From IMG/VR virus record IMGVR_UViG_3300025141_017123, positions 1 through 61,035 of that record: a stretch of 61,035 nucleotides of DNA; one strand, written 5' to 3'. Positions 18,773 through 29,035 of this stretch are shown one piece after another. Within the stretch, counting starts at the first letter, position 1. Each line of letters begins with the position of its first letter. This DNA is from a virus. Taxonomy: Duplodnaviria; Caudoviricetes. The position numbers were made by a program, and so were the translations under genes. The notes below the pieces were generated by a model that ran no database searches, was not told where the DNA came from, and worked only from the letters and a program-made list of their open reading frames with translations.

Positions 18773-19551
18773 ATGCTTACTTTTAACGAAGTTCTCTCAT
18801 TAAAGAGTGATATATTTAGATAAATATCAGGTGAAATATGTGAGACATAAAGATAGTCGAAAAGAATATCGTGAATTAATAAAAGATCGTGGAGAATTAT
18901 TAAAATATCAAGCAGAGCAAGCTAATAATGTATTTGAAAAATGTGACTATATCGCGTCATTTGTAGGAATAGAGCAATCTAAAGCTGTATTTATCGGAAT
19001 GTTTAAAGTTGATGGAGCTAGTTAAATATGTTCTAAATGAGGTGGAGGGATTTGAAGACTTTAAAGAGCGTTTAGTTATTGATTGGGGAAGAAGCGCAAT
19101 AAAATGGCATCAGTGGGTTAAGGCCAATCCTAAAAATGTCGCTGAAATTTTACCTAAAGGCTACCTTGGTGAATTCCCAGGTCTTTTAAACTTTACGCTA
19201 GATTATAGTGAGCTTAGAAAATTAGGAGAAAATTTAAGTGCAAATCGTGAGTGGTATCTACAATTATCTTCGATAAATGGTATTTATCTAATATTGGATA
19301 AATTGACAGGAGATCAATATATCGGTTCTGCGTATGGTAAAAAAGGTATTTGGCAACGCTGGAGTGAGTACTCTAAGACTGGACACGGTGGCTATACATT
19401 ACTCAAAGAGCTGTGTTTAATTGACAATCAATATTATAAAAACTTCCAATTCACAATTTTACAATCTTTACCTAGTAACCTTTCAGACTCCTTAAGCTTT
19501 CTCTATCAAAGCCCTCTAGTATCTATCATTATGTATTACCTCCAAAAGTAA
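18773..19551 (+). pseudogene. GIY-YIG nuclease pseudogene (two frameshifts, probable 3' truncation)
   Basis: ATG 18773 with RBS stops after 16 codons; fragments 18807-19025 and 19009-19551 continue the family; GIYLILD..QYIGSAYG. Confidence 0.8.
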
Positions 19552-19582
19552 AAAATAGGCAGATCAGAAGGCGATGAGCGTC

Positions 19583-19930
19583 TTATGTATCTTCCATAAT
19601 ATCTTTAAATGCTATGCGTTTTAACTGCGTGCCATCGCGGTATCCTTTTACTATCAAATCTTCTAATACAGCACCAGTGTAGAATGTGTAACCATTCTCT
19701 TCACCAACGGGGAGCTCATATGTAGACCCTGATATTTGAGGCCAAGTCCAGTAATTCCCGCATGATGATAATTTAGGTAGAACCATTGAACCTGAACTAA
19801 CTCTCCACTCATCATCATTTCGCCATGAACAAAACAATACATAACATGGTTTATCATCAACTGTTTGAAACGTTAAAACAACCCATCCGTCTGGCCTATG
19901 TTTTATATTCAATTTCATCCCTTTATACAT
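19583..19930 (-). CDS. Hypothetical protein
   Basis: 115-aa ORF, PDGWVVL..WRVSSG..SGSTY. Confidence 0.6.
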   Translation of the reverse strand: MYKGMKLNIKHRPDGWVVLTFQTVDDKPCYVLFCSWRNDDEWRVSSGSMVLPKLSSCGNYWTWPQISGSTYELPVGEENGYTFYTGAVLEDLIVKGYRDGTQLKRIAFKDIMEDT

Positions 19931-20626
19931 TAAAATTAAACTTAGTATTCATATTAATCCTAACTCAATAAATCAAATTATTAGTTTTCCTAGAAAATGA
20001 AAGAAAAAATCATTAAATATTTTTGATACCTTATCGATAGAAACAAAGTCTGTTGATCGATATTTAAAAGGAACAAGTGACGTTAAGCACCTTATTACAA
20101 TTGGTACTACTGCAGGTCAATTTAACGATGTCGTGCAGATGTTTTGTCAAAATCCGGCCCTGTGATTCATAGAACGAAAAGCTGGATTGACGATGTAATT
20201 AGGTAATACAACAATTGGGTTATCACCTTTAACAGTTGGTAAGTACCAAAAGTTATTTTGCCATATTTACGTAGTGTAATATCACAGCAAAGACAATGAA
20301 TTGTCAAAGCTCTTATAAGCTTTATATGAAAATTTAAGAAAACTACAAACTAAGTTATCAACCCAGCTCAATACTTAAATAAAGAACAATTAGATTTACA
20401 TGCAAGAGAAAAAATAGGTCTAGTCGTTAGAGGTAGAGCATAGGACTAGTATAACATTTCTTTCTTAATGGGTGGCCAAAATCACTGTACCACTACAGTA
20501 CATGTACCAAATAGTTGAAAATAAATAAAAACTCCATAAAATTCAGCTGGCCAACTTGAAAAAATCGTGTGTACTTACTCTTTTACAAATATTAGTTAAA
20601 TAAGGTAAATTAATACATAATCAAAG

Positions 20627-20700
20627 TGTAAGGGGTTGTTCATTTCTAGAATAATGATGATATTGTAAGGGGTTGTTCATTTCTAGAATAATGATGATAT
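20627..20700 (+). repeat. Perfect 37-bp tandem duplication beginning TG (probable prophage left end)
   Basis: TGTAAGGGGTTGTTCATTTCTAGAATAATGATGATAT at 20627-20663 and 20664-20700. Confidence 0.9.
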
Positions 20701-20945
20701 GAGGATTTTCGCCCTCGTCTTTTGGAAAAGCCTATTATTACTGGGTTTAGTGAACCCTGAGCGCAAAATTCAATAAATCTAGATTACGCTTGGTTTTAGA
20801 CGAAACTTGTTCAAACTGACTCATTATCCAATCATTCCTGCTCATTATACGTTTAGAATTAGATCATTGTTGATCGTTTAACTTTCCTTTAAATACACTT
20901 TAAACGCCTTTTAAACACTGTTTAAATATTTTGAGCTGCTGATAT

Positions 20946-22088
20946 TTAAACTTTTTCGGCAGCTACAATTGTATTAAATGTTGGGCCTAGCTCTACAGTG
21001 ATCATAAAACCTTGATACGATATTTTTACTTGATTGCCTATATAAGCAAATGTATTTGGTTTTTGAACAGCGTTCATTAGTTCGTGAACTTGTTCAATTG
21101 CTAGCTGGCCAGTTAAGAACTTTTCAATTTGAGCACTGCTGATAGTAACAGCGCTACTATATATAGGTGCGTTTTTACGTGATAGCTCGTTTAGTAAATT
21201 TACAGGCAAGTGCCCTAACGTAAATTGCTGGGTATCTGGTACCGACTTTTTAAGCGCTAACTTTGCTGCATGTAAGTTTACCTGCTTTATATAGTACTGC
21301 TGAGATTTTAAAACTGCTTCGTTAAATTGTGGTACCGCTAGCTTTTGAATGTCAGTTGATATAGTCATAACTGATTTTCCCGCTGCAATGTCTGCGCCTA
21401 GCCATGCTTTACCAGGATTATAATCCCAACCCAAATCAATGCCTGGTAACTTACTCAGTTCTTCACCTGTTGATGGGTCTACAAATTTAAATGACTCAGT
21501 AAACTTTTTAACTGATTCTGGTTTAGTTACTGATAATCCCATGCGTGCAATATCACGCGCATTAAGTGATACCACCTTGCACCTGCAGTTATAACCATTC
21601 GGCGGATAATGCGTATCCCAAAACGAATGATCCACTGCCAGTAAAATGTAATTCCACTTACCGTGATCAGGTCTTACGCGGCTATCACCTGCAGTTAAGT
21701 ATAATAAATAAGGTCTGCGCTCTTTTAAACGCTCTTGTTGTTGCCAGCGTCCAGCTGCACGCGCAGTGTTTTTGTTGTTTTGATAAATAACTTTTGTACG
21801 CCAACCCCGTTTGCCATTGTATGACCAACCGTGATCATCAACTATTTTGTCAAAGCGTTTTCTAAAGTCCGATATAGTCTCGCCGTCACTTATCGCTTTA
21901 TCTACTGCTTTATATAGCTCGTTTATAATTTCGATTTGTGTTGCACCGGCAACGGTAAATGCTTTGGCGTGAATTAAGCCCTGTAAGTCTTTATATGACT
22001 CACTGGTAAGCTTAATTTTATCTTTGAAATGAGAAATGGCTTCCTCGAACTTAACAAGGTCGCCATATTGTGGAGCTAGTAAGGCCAT
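20946..22088 (-). CDS. Mu gpF-like minor head/head morphogenesis protein
   Basis: AFTVAG, YLLY.TAGDSRVRPDH, PPNGYNCRC, GWDYNPG. Confidence 0.9.
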   Translation of the reverse strand: MALLAPQYGDLVKFEEAISHFKDKIKLTSESYKDLQGLIHAKAFTVAGATQIEIINELYKAVDKAISDGETISDFRKRFDKIVDDHGWSYNGKRGWRTKVIYQNNKNTARAAGRWQQQERLKERRPYLLYLTAGDSRVRPDHGKWNYILLAVDHSFWDTHYPPNGYNCRCKVVSLNARDIARMGLSVTKPESVKKFTESFKFVDPSTGEELSKLPGIDLGWDYNPGKAWLGADIAAGKSVMTISTDIQKLAVPQFNEAVLKSQQYYIKQVNLHAAKLALKKSVPDTQQFTLGHLPVNLLNELSRKNAPIYSSAVTISSAQIEKFLTGQLAIEQVHELMNAVQKPNTFAYIGNQVKISYQGFMITVELGPTFNTIVAAEKV

Positions 22089-22089
22089 A

Positions 22090-22632
22090 TTAGTGCTCTT
22101 TTAGCGACTGTTGAATGTCTTGAATTTCATTTCTACGAGAATTATCACGGCTATTACCAAAGAAGAAATTCAATATTGACGCTACAACGGTGCCCAAAAT
22201 AAAGCCCAAAATGGTGTCTGCAAAGCGTGTTGCGGTCTCCGGTATGGTTAAAAACGTTATACAACCTATGTATATAACCGTTGCGACCGACCAAAACCAC
22301 GCATAGTAATAAATGAAGCGTTTAGAAAACTTATCATCTTGATTAAGTGCCTGTATTTGCATGTTTCGGGCGCTTTGAGTGTTTTTAAACGCTAAATCAT
22401 CAAGCTCTTTTTCACGGTTTAAAATGCTTTGCCTAAGTTCTTGCTGCAACGAGCTGGATTGCTGGATACGGTTCATTGCTTCTTGTGGAGACCCCCCATT
22501 GGTGATGGTTTGCGCCATATCAACAACTTTAGACGCGACCTTTGATCCATTATCCCCCCCTATCCAACCGCCTATTTTTTTATCCAGGCCTGTGAGCTTT
22601 GCAAGGCCAAGTGCTATCGTAATCGGGTCCAT
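22090..22632 (-). CDS. Putative holin (GTA 3TM-holin-like)
   Basis: SARNMQI.AL..DDKFSKRF, two TM helices, FFFGNS. Confidence 0.6.
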   Translation of the reverse strand: MDPITIALGLAKLTGLDKKIGGWIGGDNGSKVASKVVDMAQTITNGGSPQEAMNRIQQSSSLQQELRQSILNREKELDDLAFKNTQSARNMQIQALNQDDKFSKRFIYYYAWFWSVATVIYIGCITFLTIPETATRFADTILGFILGTVVASILNFFFGNSRDNSRRNEIQDIQQSLKEH

Positions 22633-22634
22633 AG

Positions 22635-23078
22635 TTATACCTTTATATAGTCATCGTAAGTTTTGCCGCAAATTTTAATAAGCTCTAAACCTTCAAGCTT
22701 TTTATACTGACAAACCAGGCTTTTAGCAGTTGTAAAATCGCATGTGTGGTATTGAGTTACTTCATAAAGCTCTGGCATTTCTTTTTTTGCACGGCGCTTA
22801 CCCCATATTTTTTCAAAACTTTTAATTGATTTAGCCGTATATTTTGCACGGGTTCGTTTCCGCCAAACATCAGGAATACATGCAGGGCGCTCGTTGTCTT
22901 TAGAGTACCAGCCGCCCTTAATTACATCGTCTACATAAACAACTAAGCTTGTTTTAGACTCAGATACGCGCCCGCGTATCACGGTTATTTCAAACTCACC
23001 GTATTTGAAAATGACAGAGCCAAAAAGGCCAGCTAACTGCTTTTCTATCTCTGCCCACTGCTCTTTAGAAATGGCCAT
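22635..23078 (-). CDS. Hypothetical phage protein
   Basis: Full ORF in operon context. Confidence 0.7.
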   Translation of the reverse strand: MAISKEQWAEIEKQLAGLFGSVIFKYGEFEITVIRGRVSESKTSLVVYVDDVIKGGWYSKDNERPACIPDVWRKRTRAKYTAKSIKSFEKIWGKRRAKKEMPELYEVTQYHTCDFTTAKSLVCQYKKLEGLELIKICGKTYDDYIKV

Positions 23079-23087
23079 GAGCGCCCC

Positions 23088-23702
23088 CTACAGTTTTGCT
23101 ATATCGAGTGAAACTGCTTGCTCTATGCCTTTATCATCTTGCTTGTAAAAGCGGATAAAACGGGTTGAATCAACCACTCCAACAGACTCAGCAATAATAT
23201 TCATTGCTTTGGTCCACTTGCCAGAATCGTCTGAAATTTCAAGTTTACGCAGGGCTAAAATGCGTTGCGGGTTAAGTGAACCTTGCTTATCGGTATTGAA
23301 TGTTTTGCTTACAATGGCTTTAATGTTTTGGTTGCCGCCTTCGGTCCATTCGTCCAGGCATTGATCGATTAACTCTTTTGCAAGGCTAAGCTCTGGACCA
23401 AGTTCAATGCGTTCTTGAGTTTGTAGGGTGACTTTTAATTGGCTGTCAAAAGTGCGTAGTGTCACATTGCCTTTTTTACCGCCTAAGTTAACGCCATGCT
23501 CTTGCGCTAATAGCTCTATAAAATCGTCAGCTTCAGCCATTAGGCTTTGTTTAAATTCTGCCAGTGTTTCTTGCATTTCAAGGGCTTTATCAATGGCTTT
23601 TTTAACAAACTCATCTTTGATCAAGTCAGTTTGTTTAATGTTTGCAATGGCAACTAAATTACCTTTACCATCTTTTAAGTAACCTTCAGGAACATTATTC
23701 AT
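23088..23702 (-). CDS. DUF3164 family protein (Mu-like phage)
   Basis: VPEGYLKDGKGNLV, GGKKGNVTL.TFD, AKELIDQCL.EW, SLDIA. Confidence 0.85.
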   Translation of the reverse strand: MNNVPEGYLKDGKGNLVAIANIKQTDLIKDEFVKKAIDKALEMQETLAEFKQSLMAEADDFIELLAQEHGVNLGGKKGNVTLRTFDSQLKVTLQTQERIELGPELSLAKELIDQCLDEWTEGGNQNIKAIVSKTFNTDKQGSLNPQRILALRKLEISDDSGKWTKAMNIIAESVGVVDSTRFIRFYKQDDKGIEQAVSLDIAKL

Positions 23703-25197
23703 CGTCTATCTCCACAGTTTTTGAATTAGCCTCGTTCATGCCTGCCATAAATTCATACTCCATAGCTGTTTTGGTAACGTCTACCAGTGCTGAGTTTGAA
23801 ATATCAGGAAATTGTGAGGTTATTTTTTGCTTAAGTTCGTCTAGGCTTTTAGCTGCCTGAGCAAATTGATAAATCTGTTTAATGGTGTCGTCAGTTGCGT
23901 GGTCAAATACATCCAATTCGTGGGTAAGCTCTACGCTGTCGGTTGGTTTTTTGGCAAACTCAGTTTTAGCAGGTGTTGCAATGCCATGGCCTTCGTCGGG
24001 CACATCAAGTATTGCTTCACCGTCTTTTGGCTTTGGTACACCGAGCTCTTGATATGCCCACTCTTCACCAACTGGCACAATACGCGCTGTTTCGCGTACG
24101 CGTGTTACTGTGTCAGTGTTAATTTCGCGTTTGTCTTTAAATATGAATTTTGGCGGCTCACCACCGTCAAAATTTACCGTATGAAGCGAATTTAAAAGCT
24201 GATTACGATAAGAGGCTACAAGTGCCCTGTCTGAGCGTTGGTTGTCGCCAGCACGTTTTGCATGGGTTTCGCTGGCAGCACGTGCGCCGCCATTTTTTTG
24301 CTCTGTTGCTAAGGTTTGACTGGTTAAAGCTTTGCTTATTTCAGCATTACAAAAGTTAACTAAGCGCTCGGGCACTGGCTCGCCAGAAAGCTTGCTTTCA
24401 ATAATATCAATGCTGGTGTCATCGGGTATGGCGGCTATGCCATCTTGAACAAGCTTAGCTAACCCATCAAGTAAGTTATTTATGTCTGAATCTTTACTGC
24501 CTATTGGGTATTTACCCACAGGAAATGGAATACCAAAGCGCTCGCACAGCTGCACAAAAAACTTAAAGCCGCCATGCTTGAACGTCCATGGCCAAAAGCA
24601 ACTACTTAATAATGCAATACCATACGGGTTTTCGGCGCTTGGCATATGGCGAACACATGACCAACGGCGCGGGTCTATGATTTCGCCTTGTGGTTTGTCG
24701 CTGGTTTTTACTAGTAGTTCGTGATCACTGTTAAATGCAAAACGGCTATTACGCCAGGTCTCTACATACTCAGGTTGCCAATGACCATCCTGTTTAATGT
24801 ATTTGCCCAAATGGGTGACACTAAAACCGTTTAAAATTGCGCTGTAATTGTGCCAGTCCATATCGGCCCATTCTGTATGAGCACAGGGTTTACGAGCAAA
24901 AAAGGCTTTAGCCAGTTCATAACTTTTTAAACTGGCAGCATCGTCACCGCCTGGCACAAGCTCAGTATTAAAACTGAATAAGCCACTGCGTAGCGAGCGC
25001 AACTCGCCAATAACGTGTGCATCACGGGCTATCTCTTCATAAATAGCGGTGTTTTTACCTGCGCGGCGTAATATTGGATCAGGGTTTGGTAGCTCAGTAA
25101 TAAGCGACGTTAGGCTTGGATCTAAACGGTTTTGGTCAAACATACGGGTAAGCGCTGCGTATGCGTTAGATTTAATACGTGGCTTGCTTTTAAACAT
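23695..25197 (-). CDS. Portal protein (Mu gp29/DUF935)
   Basis: LPNPDPILR, ENPYG..LLS.CFWP, ERFGIP, EISKAL..QTL. Confidence 0.9.
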   Translation of the reverse strand: MFKSKPRIKSNAYAALTRMFDQNRLDPSLTSLITELPNPDPILRRAGKNTAIYEEIARDAHVIGELRSLRSGLFSFNTELVPGGDDAASLKSYELAKAFFARKPCAHTEWADMDWHNYSAILNGFSVTHLGKYIKQDGHWQPEYVETWRNSRFAFNSDHELLVKTSDKPQGEIIDPRRWSCVRHMPSAENPYGIALLSSCFWPWTFKHGGFKFFVQLCERFGIPFPVGKYPIGSKDSDINNLLDGLAKLVQDGIAAIPDDTSIDIIESKLSGEPVPERLVNFCNAEISKALTSQTLATEQKNGGARAASETHAKRAGDNQRSDRALVASYRNQLLNSLHTVNFDGGEPPKFIFKDKREINTDTVTRVRETARIVPVGEEWAYQELGVPKPKDGEAILDVPDEGHGIATPAKTEFAKKPTDSVELTHELDVFDHATDDTIKQIYQFAQAAKSLDELKQKITSQFPDISNSALVDVTKTAMEYEFMAGMNEANSKTVEIDDE

Positions 25198-26929
25198 GAT
25201 AGCCCCTTATTTGTTTGGTCACTTTGCGGCTATTAACACGGGGAATACCGCCCGCACCAGTACTGGCTACTATCCATAAAATGGCTAAGCCACAGCTTAA
25301 ATCGTAGTGATGGTTTGTTTGCTTCTCTGGCCAGTTTTCAAGCTCATCAAGGAGTAAACGACACCGTGAGTGAAAGGCAATTTGTGCGGGAGTATTCGTT
25401 ACATATGTTTCTAACGAGCCTATACGTTCCTCAGCAGGTATGGTTGCAGTAACACCGCGTAACGGTAGCGCTATACCTTGCTCTAGGCCTGTAGTAATAA
25501 ATTGGCTGCGCATAAAATCAAAGGCGTTATTGTTCTCAAAGCCCCACACTCGACAGTTATATTCTTTTTGTGCGCGTATTAAATCGTTAAGTAAACGGCT
25601 GGTACCACGAACTTTACGGCTTTCATATTCAACATGTAGCTTTTGCAATTCATTAGAGTAAAAGCCTACTAATATAGCGCTGGGGTCAGCCTTTTCGGTT
25701 TTGCCCATGCTTGGGTCACATGCACCGTAGGGTATCCAATCGCTTAGGCGGTCAACCCAAAAATCAAACTGATAAAATATGGCTTCTTCGTCACTTTTGG
25801 CAATACCTTGCATTTCGCGGTTAAACTCACGCTTATTAGCCGCCCACATACACATTAAATCGTAAAGCGAACGCACACTTGGCCAACTGGTAGTTGCACC
25901 TTTAAGCATTTGCTTTTTACGCTTTAACCAAAACTTAAACGAGGGTTTTTGCTCGGTTGAGACCGCATCACCTTTGGCTGCGGCACGTTTTTCAAAGCGT
26001 TTGTCATCATGCACCATTAAATCGCGGCATTCTTCCCATAGGTCCATGCGTTCAGGCATTTGTTCAATGGCTTTAAAGCGGTGAACAATGTGCCCTGGTG
26101 CTTCTTCGGCGCGGCTTATTGGGTCATCATTGTTTAAAACAGTGTTTACACCTAGGAATTTAACGGTGCCATCTGGTGGGCCAAGGTATTGCACTGCTGC
26201 CTCTAAGAAGCGCCAGCGGTTATCACGTTCAGTGGGAGATTTCGCCTCGGCATCGGTAATAATGTCATCGGATAGCAGTAGCTTAGGGCGGCTTGCGCCA
26301 TGGAACGTACCACGTACAGATTGCTCAGCACCACGGCTTTCAAACCGCACACCTTGCGCCGTTACAAACTCGCCTAATTTCCATACGGGGGATTTTTGGC
26401 ACACTTCGGGAAAGTCTAACGCAAGGTTATTATTGTTAAGCAGCTCGGTTTTAACTACCTCGAGTGTTTTGGTTGGCATTTTGGTTTCTGCGCCAAACAA
26501 AATAACAAAGTCGATGAATTGGGTTATCTTCTCTAAGCCCAGGTCTTGGCATATATCAGGGTCTTGTAGTAGTGCCTGCACAGCAACATACACGGGCGCT
26601 ATTTTTACGCCAAGGGTACTTTTACCCTCACCACGCGGGGCCACAAACCAGTTTTTCCACCCGTTTTTAAGCTTGAGTGCTTCGGGAAACCAGTTCATAA
26701 AGTAGCTTTGAAACTCAGAAGCCTCTTGATTGTCATCAAGCCACATATGATGTGGGAAATACGTATACACAAAAAACTCAAAGTCGCCACTAAGTACACG
26801 TTTACGACGCTCTTTAATTGCTGCGGGGCTTGGGTCAATGTTGCGCTCTTTTGCTTCAATATCGCGGCGTAGTGAACCGGTGATTTGCTCTATTTCAGCT
26901 AAAAATTCACGTGAATTCATATCAGCCAT
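25190..26929 (-). CDS. Terminase large subunit
   Basis: APRGEGKST Walker A, RPKLLLSDD, nuclease GACDPS. Confidence 0.92.
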   Translation of the reverse strand: MADMNSREFLAEIEQITGSLRRDIEAKERNIDPSPAAIKERRKRVLSGDFEFFVYTYFPHHMWLDDNQEASEFQSYFMNWFPEALKLKNGWKNWFVAPRGEGKSTLGVKIAPVYVAVQALLQDPDICQDLGLEKITQFIDFVILFGAETKMPTKTLEVVKTELLNNNNLALDFPEVCQKSPVWKLGEFVTAQGVRFESRGAEQSVRGTFHGASRPKLLLSDDIITDAEAKSPTERDNRWRFLEAAVQYLGPPDGTVKFLGVNTVLNNDDPISRAEEAPGHIVHRFKAIEQMPERMDLWEECRDLMVHDDKRFEKRAAAKGDAVSTEQKPSFKFWLKRKKQMLKGATTSWPSVRSLYDLMCMWAANKREFNREMQGIAKSDEEAIFYQFDFWVDRLSDWIPYGACDPSMGKTEKADPSAILVGFYSNELQKLHVEYESRKVRGTSRLLNDLIRAQKEYNCRVWGFENNNAFDFMRSQFITTGLEQGIALPLRGVTATIPAEERIGSLETYVTNTPAQIAFHSRCRLLLDELENWPEKQTNHHYDLSCGLAILWIVASTGAGGIPRVNSRKVTKQIRGYHV

Positions 26930-27435
26930 TAGTCATCTAACTCCGTGTCGAGCTTAGGGCCAAAGGCGGTAAGTATTTCAACAAACTCTGGCGCAAATTC
27001 AGGGTATTTCGTGGATACAAACTTAGCCAAAATTTTAAGTACTTCGGTAGCAATAGTCCGCTTTTCAAGACGTTTATTACCGCCCGACACTTTCATGACT
27101 TTGCTCATCATATCGGTGAGTGAGCTGAGTATTTTGGTTCGTTGATCAAGTGGCAGCGCTGCGCCCTCAGGTGATTTTAAAAGCTCAAATGTTTCGTTAA
27201 CTTGAATGGTGAATTCTTCAATGAAATCGGTAGTAAACTCCCCTGCAGTACCTTCGCTACGGCGGCTTGCTGCACGGGCTAAATCCCAATCGTCGCCGTT
27301 TTCTTTGGCTTCCATTTTCCATCGCCTTGCGGTCCCATCGGCCACATTGTGCTTAATCGCAGCAACACTCAGCGCAAGCAACTCTGTTACATAGCTGTGA
27401 CGAACTGCGTTCTTCTTTTCAGCTGGGTGTGCCAT
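26929..27435 (-). CDS. Terminase small subunit (DUF1804)
   Basis: MAHP..K..VR..YV, TARRWK..AK..GDDWD.AR; adjacent to TerL. Confidence 0.85.
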   Translation of the reverse strand: MAHPAEKKNAVRHSYVTELLALSVAAIKHNVADGTARRWKMEAKENGDDWDLARAASRRSEGTAGEFTTDFIEEFTIQVNETFELLKSPEGAALPLDQRTKILSSLTDMMSKVMKVSGGNKRLEKRTIATEVLKILAKFVSTKYPEFAPEFVEILTAFGPKLDTELDD

Positions 27436-27773
27436 TAGCCCGCCATCCCATTTTTTACAGCATAGGCAATAAGCGACACAGCCAAACCCGCAGTGCCACC
27501 CATGGCAGCTACTTTAACGCGTTGGTTTGTTAGTTTTTCTTCAACCTTCGCTAAGCGGTCATCTTGCTTATTAATGGCTGCAATCTGGCGTTTTTCGCTT
27601 TTTTCTATATCAAGCTTTAATCCGTCAGTTATCTCTTTTTGGCGCGCTTCGCTTTTTTCGATGCTTTGATGGATATCGGCTTTAATGTCTTTTAAGTCAT
27701 TTAAAATAGCCGCCTGACTACCCTGAATTTCACCGATGGCTTGAAATAATAAGTTTTCTTGTTCTTGGTTCAT
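27435..27773 (-). CDS. Coiled-coil protein with C-terminal TM helix
   Basis: Coiled coil then AAMGGTAGLAVSLIAYAV. Confidence 0.7.
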   Translation of the reverse strand: MNQEQENLLFQAIGEIQGSQAAILNDLKDIKADIHQSIEKSEARQKEITDGLKLDIEKSEKRQIAAINKQDDRLAKVEEKLTNQRVKVAAMGGTAGLAVSLIAYAVKNGMAG

Positions 27774-27782
27774 GGGTGGTCC

Positions 27783-28226
27783 TTACGGGTTAAATACTTT
27801 AATGCCCGTCCATGTAGGCGTGCGTACATCAAAATGAAACCAACTCACTTGCCCTTCAATGGCAGTGATATAGGGGAATTCTTGCGGGTGGGCTAATACG
27901 TAATTACGTACTTGCTGAGCGGTGTAATTAGTAAAACTGCAATCGAATGCTTTACCTAGCTTGTGCTGGCTGCGTTTTGCGCCAATAGTGCAATCCAGTG
28001 GGCGATAGCCACGGTATTGATTAGCGCCACCCCAGCTCCAGCTATTTACGGTGCATGGGCCAAACGTGTCGCGTAACTTTTGCAGCATACGCAATGCGCG
28101 ATCATCAAATAGGTTGATTAAAAATAAAGGGTCGTCTTGATAAAGCTCAAATATGACTTTTGGTACTAATTCTTGAAACGTAAAGCTTGGGGCAGTTGGT
28201 ACCACCACTTTTCTTTTAAGCGCCAT
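27783..28226 (-). CDS. Endolysin, peptidase M15 family
   Basis: RGYRP, SQHKLGKAFD, WFHFD zinc-binding motifs. Confidence 0.8.
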   Translation of the reverse strand: MALKRKVVVPTAPSFTFQELVPKVIFELYQDDPLFLINLFDDRALRMLQKLRDTFGPCTVNSWSWGGANQYRGYRPLDCTIGAKRSQHKLGKAFDCSFTNYTAQQVRNYVLAHPQEFPYITAIEGQVSWFHFDVRTPTWTGIKVFNP

Positions 28227-28467
28227 GCTGCTGAGTCCTCATTTTAGTTAAACGTTGTTTTGTTAGGACGTAACAGGCAGGTAAGCGAGTACTACGCACC
28301 GGTTTTTTGTTAGCTGGGTTTAGCAGCTGTTTAACGCGGGAACGCAATGCGGGCAGGTCTTTTAACGGGCAACGGCGAGAAATTGCTATTTGCTCGGCTT
28401 TAGAACTGGCCTTAATAATTTGTTGAGCTAAAAACTCAATAATTGGCGCATGCACTGTATTTGTCAT
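28216..28467 (-). CDS. Hypothetical basic protein, first gene of leftward late operon
   Basis: ORF directly downstream of late-promoter motif. Confidence 0.55.
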   Translation of the reverse strand: MTNTVHAPIIEFLAQQIIKASSKAEQIAISRRCPLKDLPALRSRVKQLLNPANKKPVRSTRLPACYVLTKQRLTKMRTQQHGA

Positions 28468-28473
28468 GCTGGT

Positions 28474-28520
28474 AGTAAATCAATTTAGGGGATTGGGTAA
28501 CACTGTAAAGTTGTTTGCGG
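28474..28520 (-). promoter_or_regulatory. Putative activator-dependent late promoter (leftward)
   Basis: Dyad CCGCAAACAACTTTACAG, 23 nt, TTTACT. Confidence 0.6.
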
Positions 28521-28625
28521 CTGGGGCTTTCGGGCTGGTCTATTAGGGTAGAATAAAAAGGCTTACCAATACAAGGGGGCAAGCCAATTTAATTTAAATG
28601 AGGTTTAAACATAGTTTAAATACAA

Positions 28626-28844
28626 TTATATTTTTTTGAAACTGGCGTCCCAGTCGCTGTAATCAGTATCGATAAAATCAATCGGTGCGCGTGTTACTTT
28701 AAGTTGCACTTGTATTTCTTCTTTACCACTTAATAATACCCCTAATGAAACTTCATTGTCCGCGTAATCACCAGCAAACATATCAGTAAGAAGTTCTTCT
28801 ATGTTATCAACTGCTTTTTCTGCTATTTCTCTTGCTCCACTCAT
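28626..28844 (-). CDS. Hypothetical acidic phage protein
   Basis: ORF in early operon. Confidence 0.65.
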   Translation of the reverse strand: MSGAREIAEKAVDNIEELLTDMFAGDYADNEVSLGVLLSGKEEIQVQLKVTRAPIDFIDTDYSDWDASFKKI

Positions 28845-28846
28845 TA

Positions 28847-29035
28847 TTAACCCTTTATTTCTCTAAATGCTTCGCGGTATTCGTCCATCATGCCTGTTGT
28901 ATCTAGGCCAAATAGCTTGCGTTGGTTGATATACCGGTTAAGCAGGTTTAAACCATATTGGTACTGCCACTGCTTAGGTTTAGCGCCGCCGCTAAGTTGC
29001 AAGGCAGTGAGCAGTACAAAGTTATTGTTTTGCAT
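28847..29035 (-). CDS. Hypothetical phage protein
   Basis: ORF coupled to neighbours. Confidence 0.6.
   Translation of the reverse strand: MQNNNFVLLTALQLSGGAKPKQWQYQYGLNLLNRYINQRKLFGLDTTGMMDEYREAFREIKG

Noticed and set aside
19995-20260. Possible decayed ORF
   Set aside because: Multiple stops and no family recognisable by eye
20627-20700. CRISPR repeat pair (37 bp)
   Set aside because: No spacer between copies; position and TG start fit a transposable phage end
26088-26705. Long antisense ORFs (also 3844-4305, 44453-44875, 45866-46312 and others)
   Set aside because: Shadow frames of well-supported genes, with no RBS or motifs
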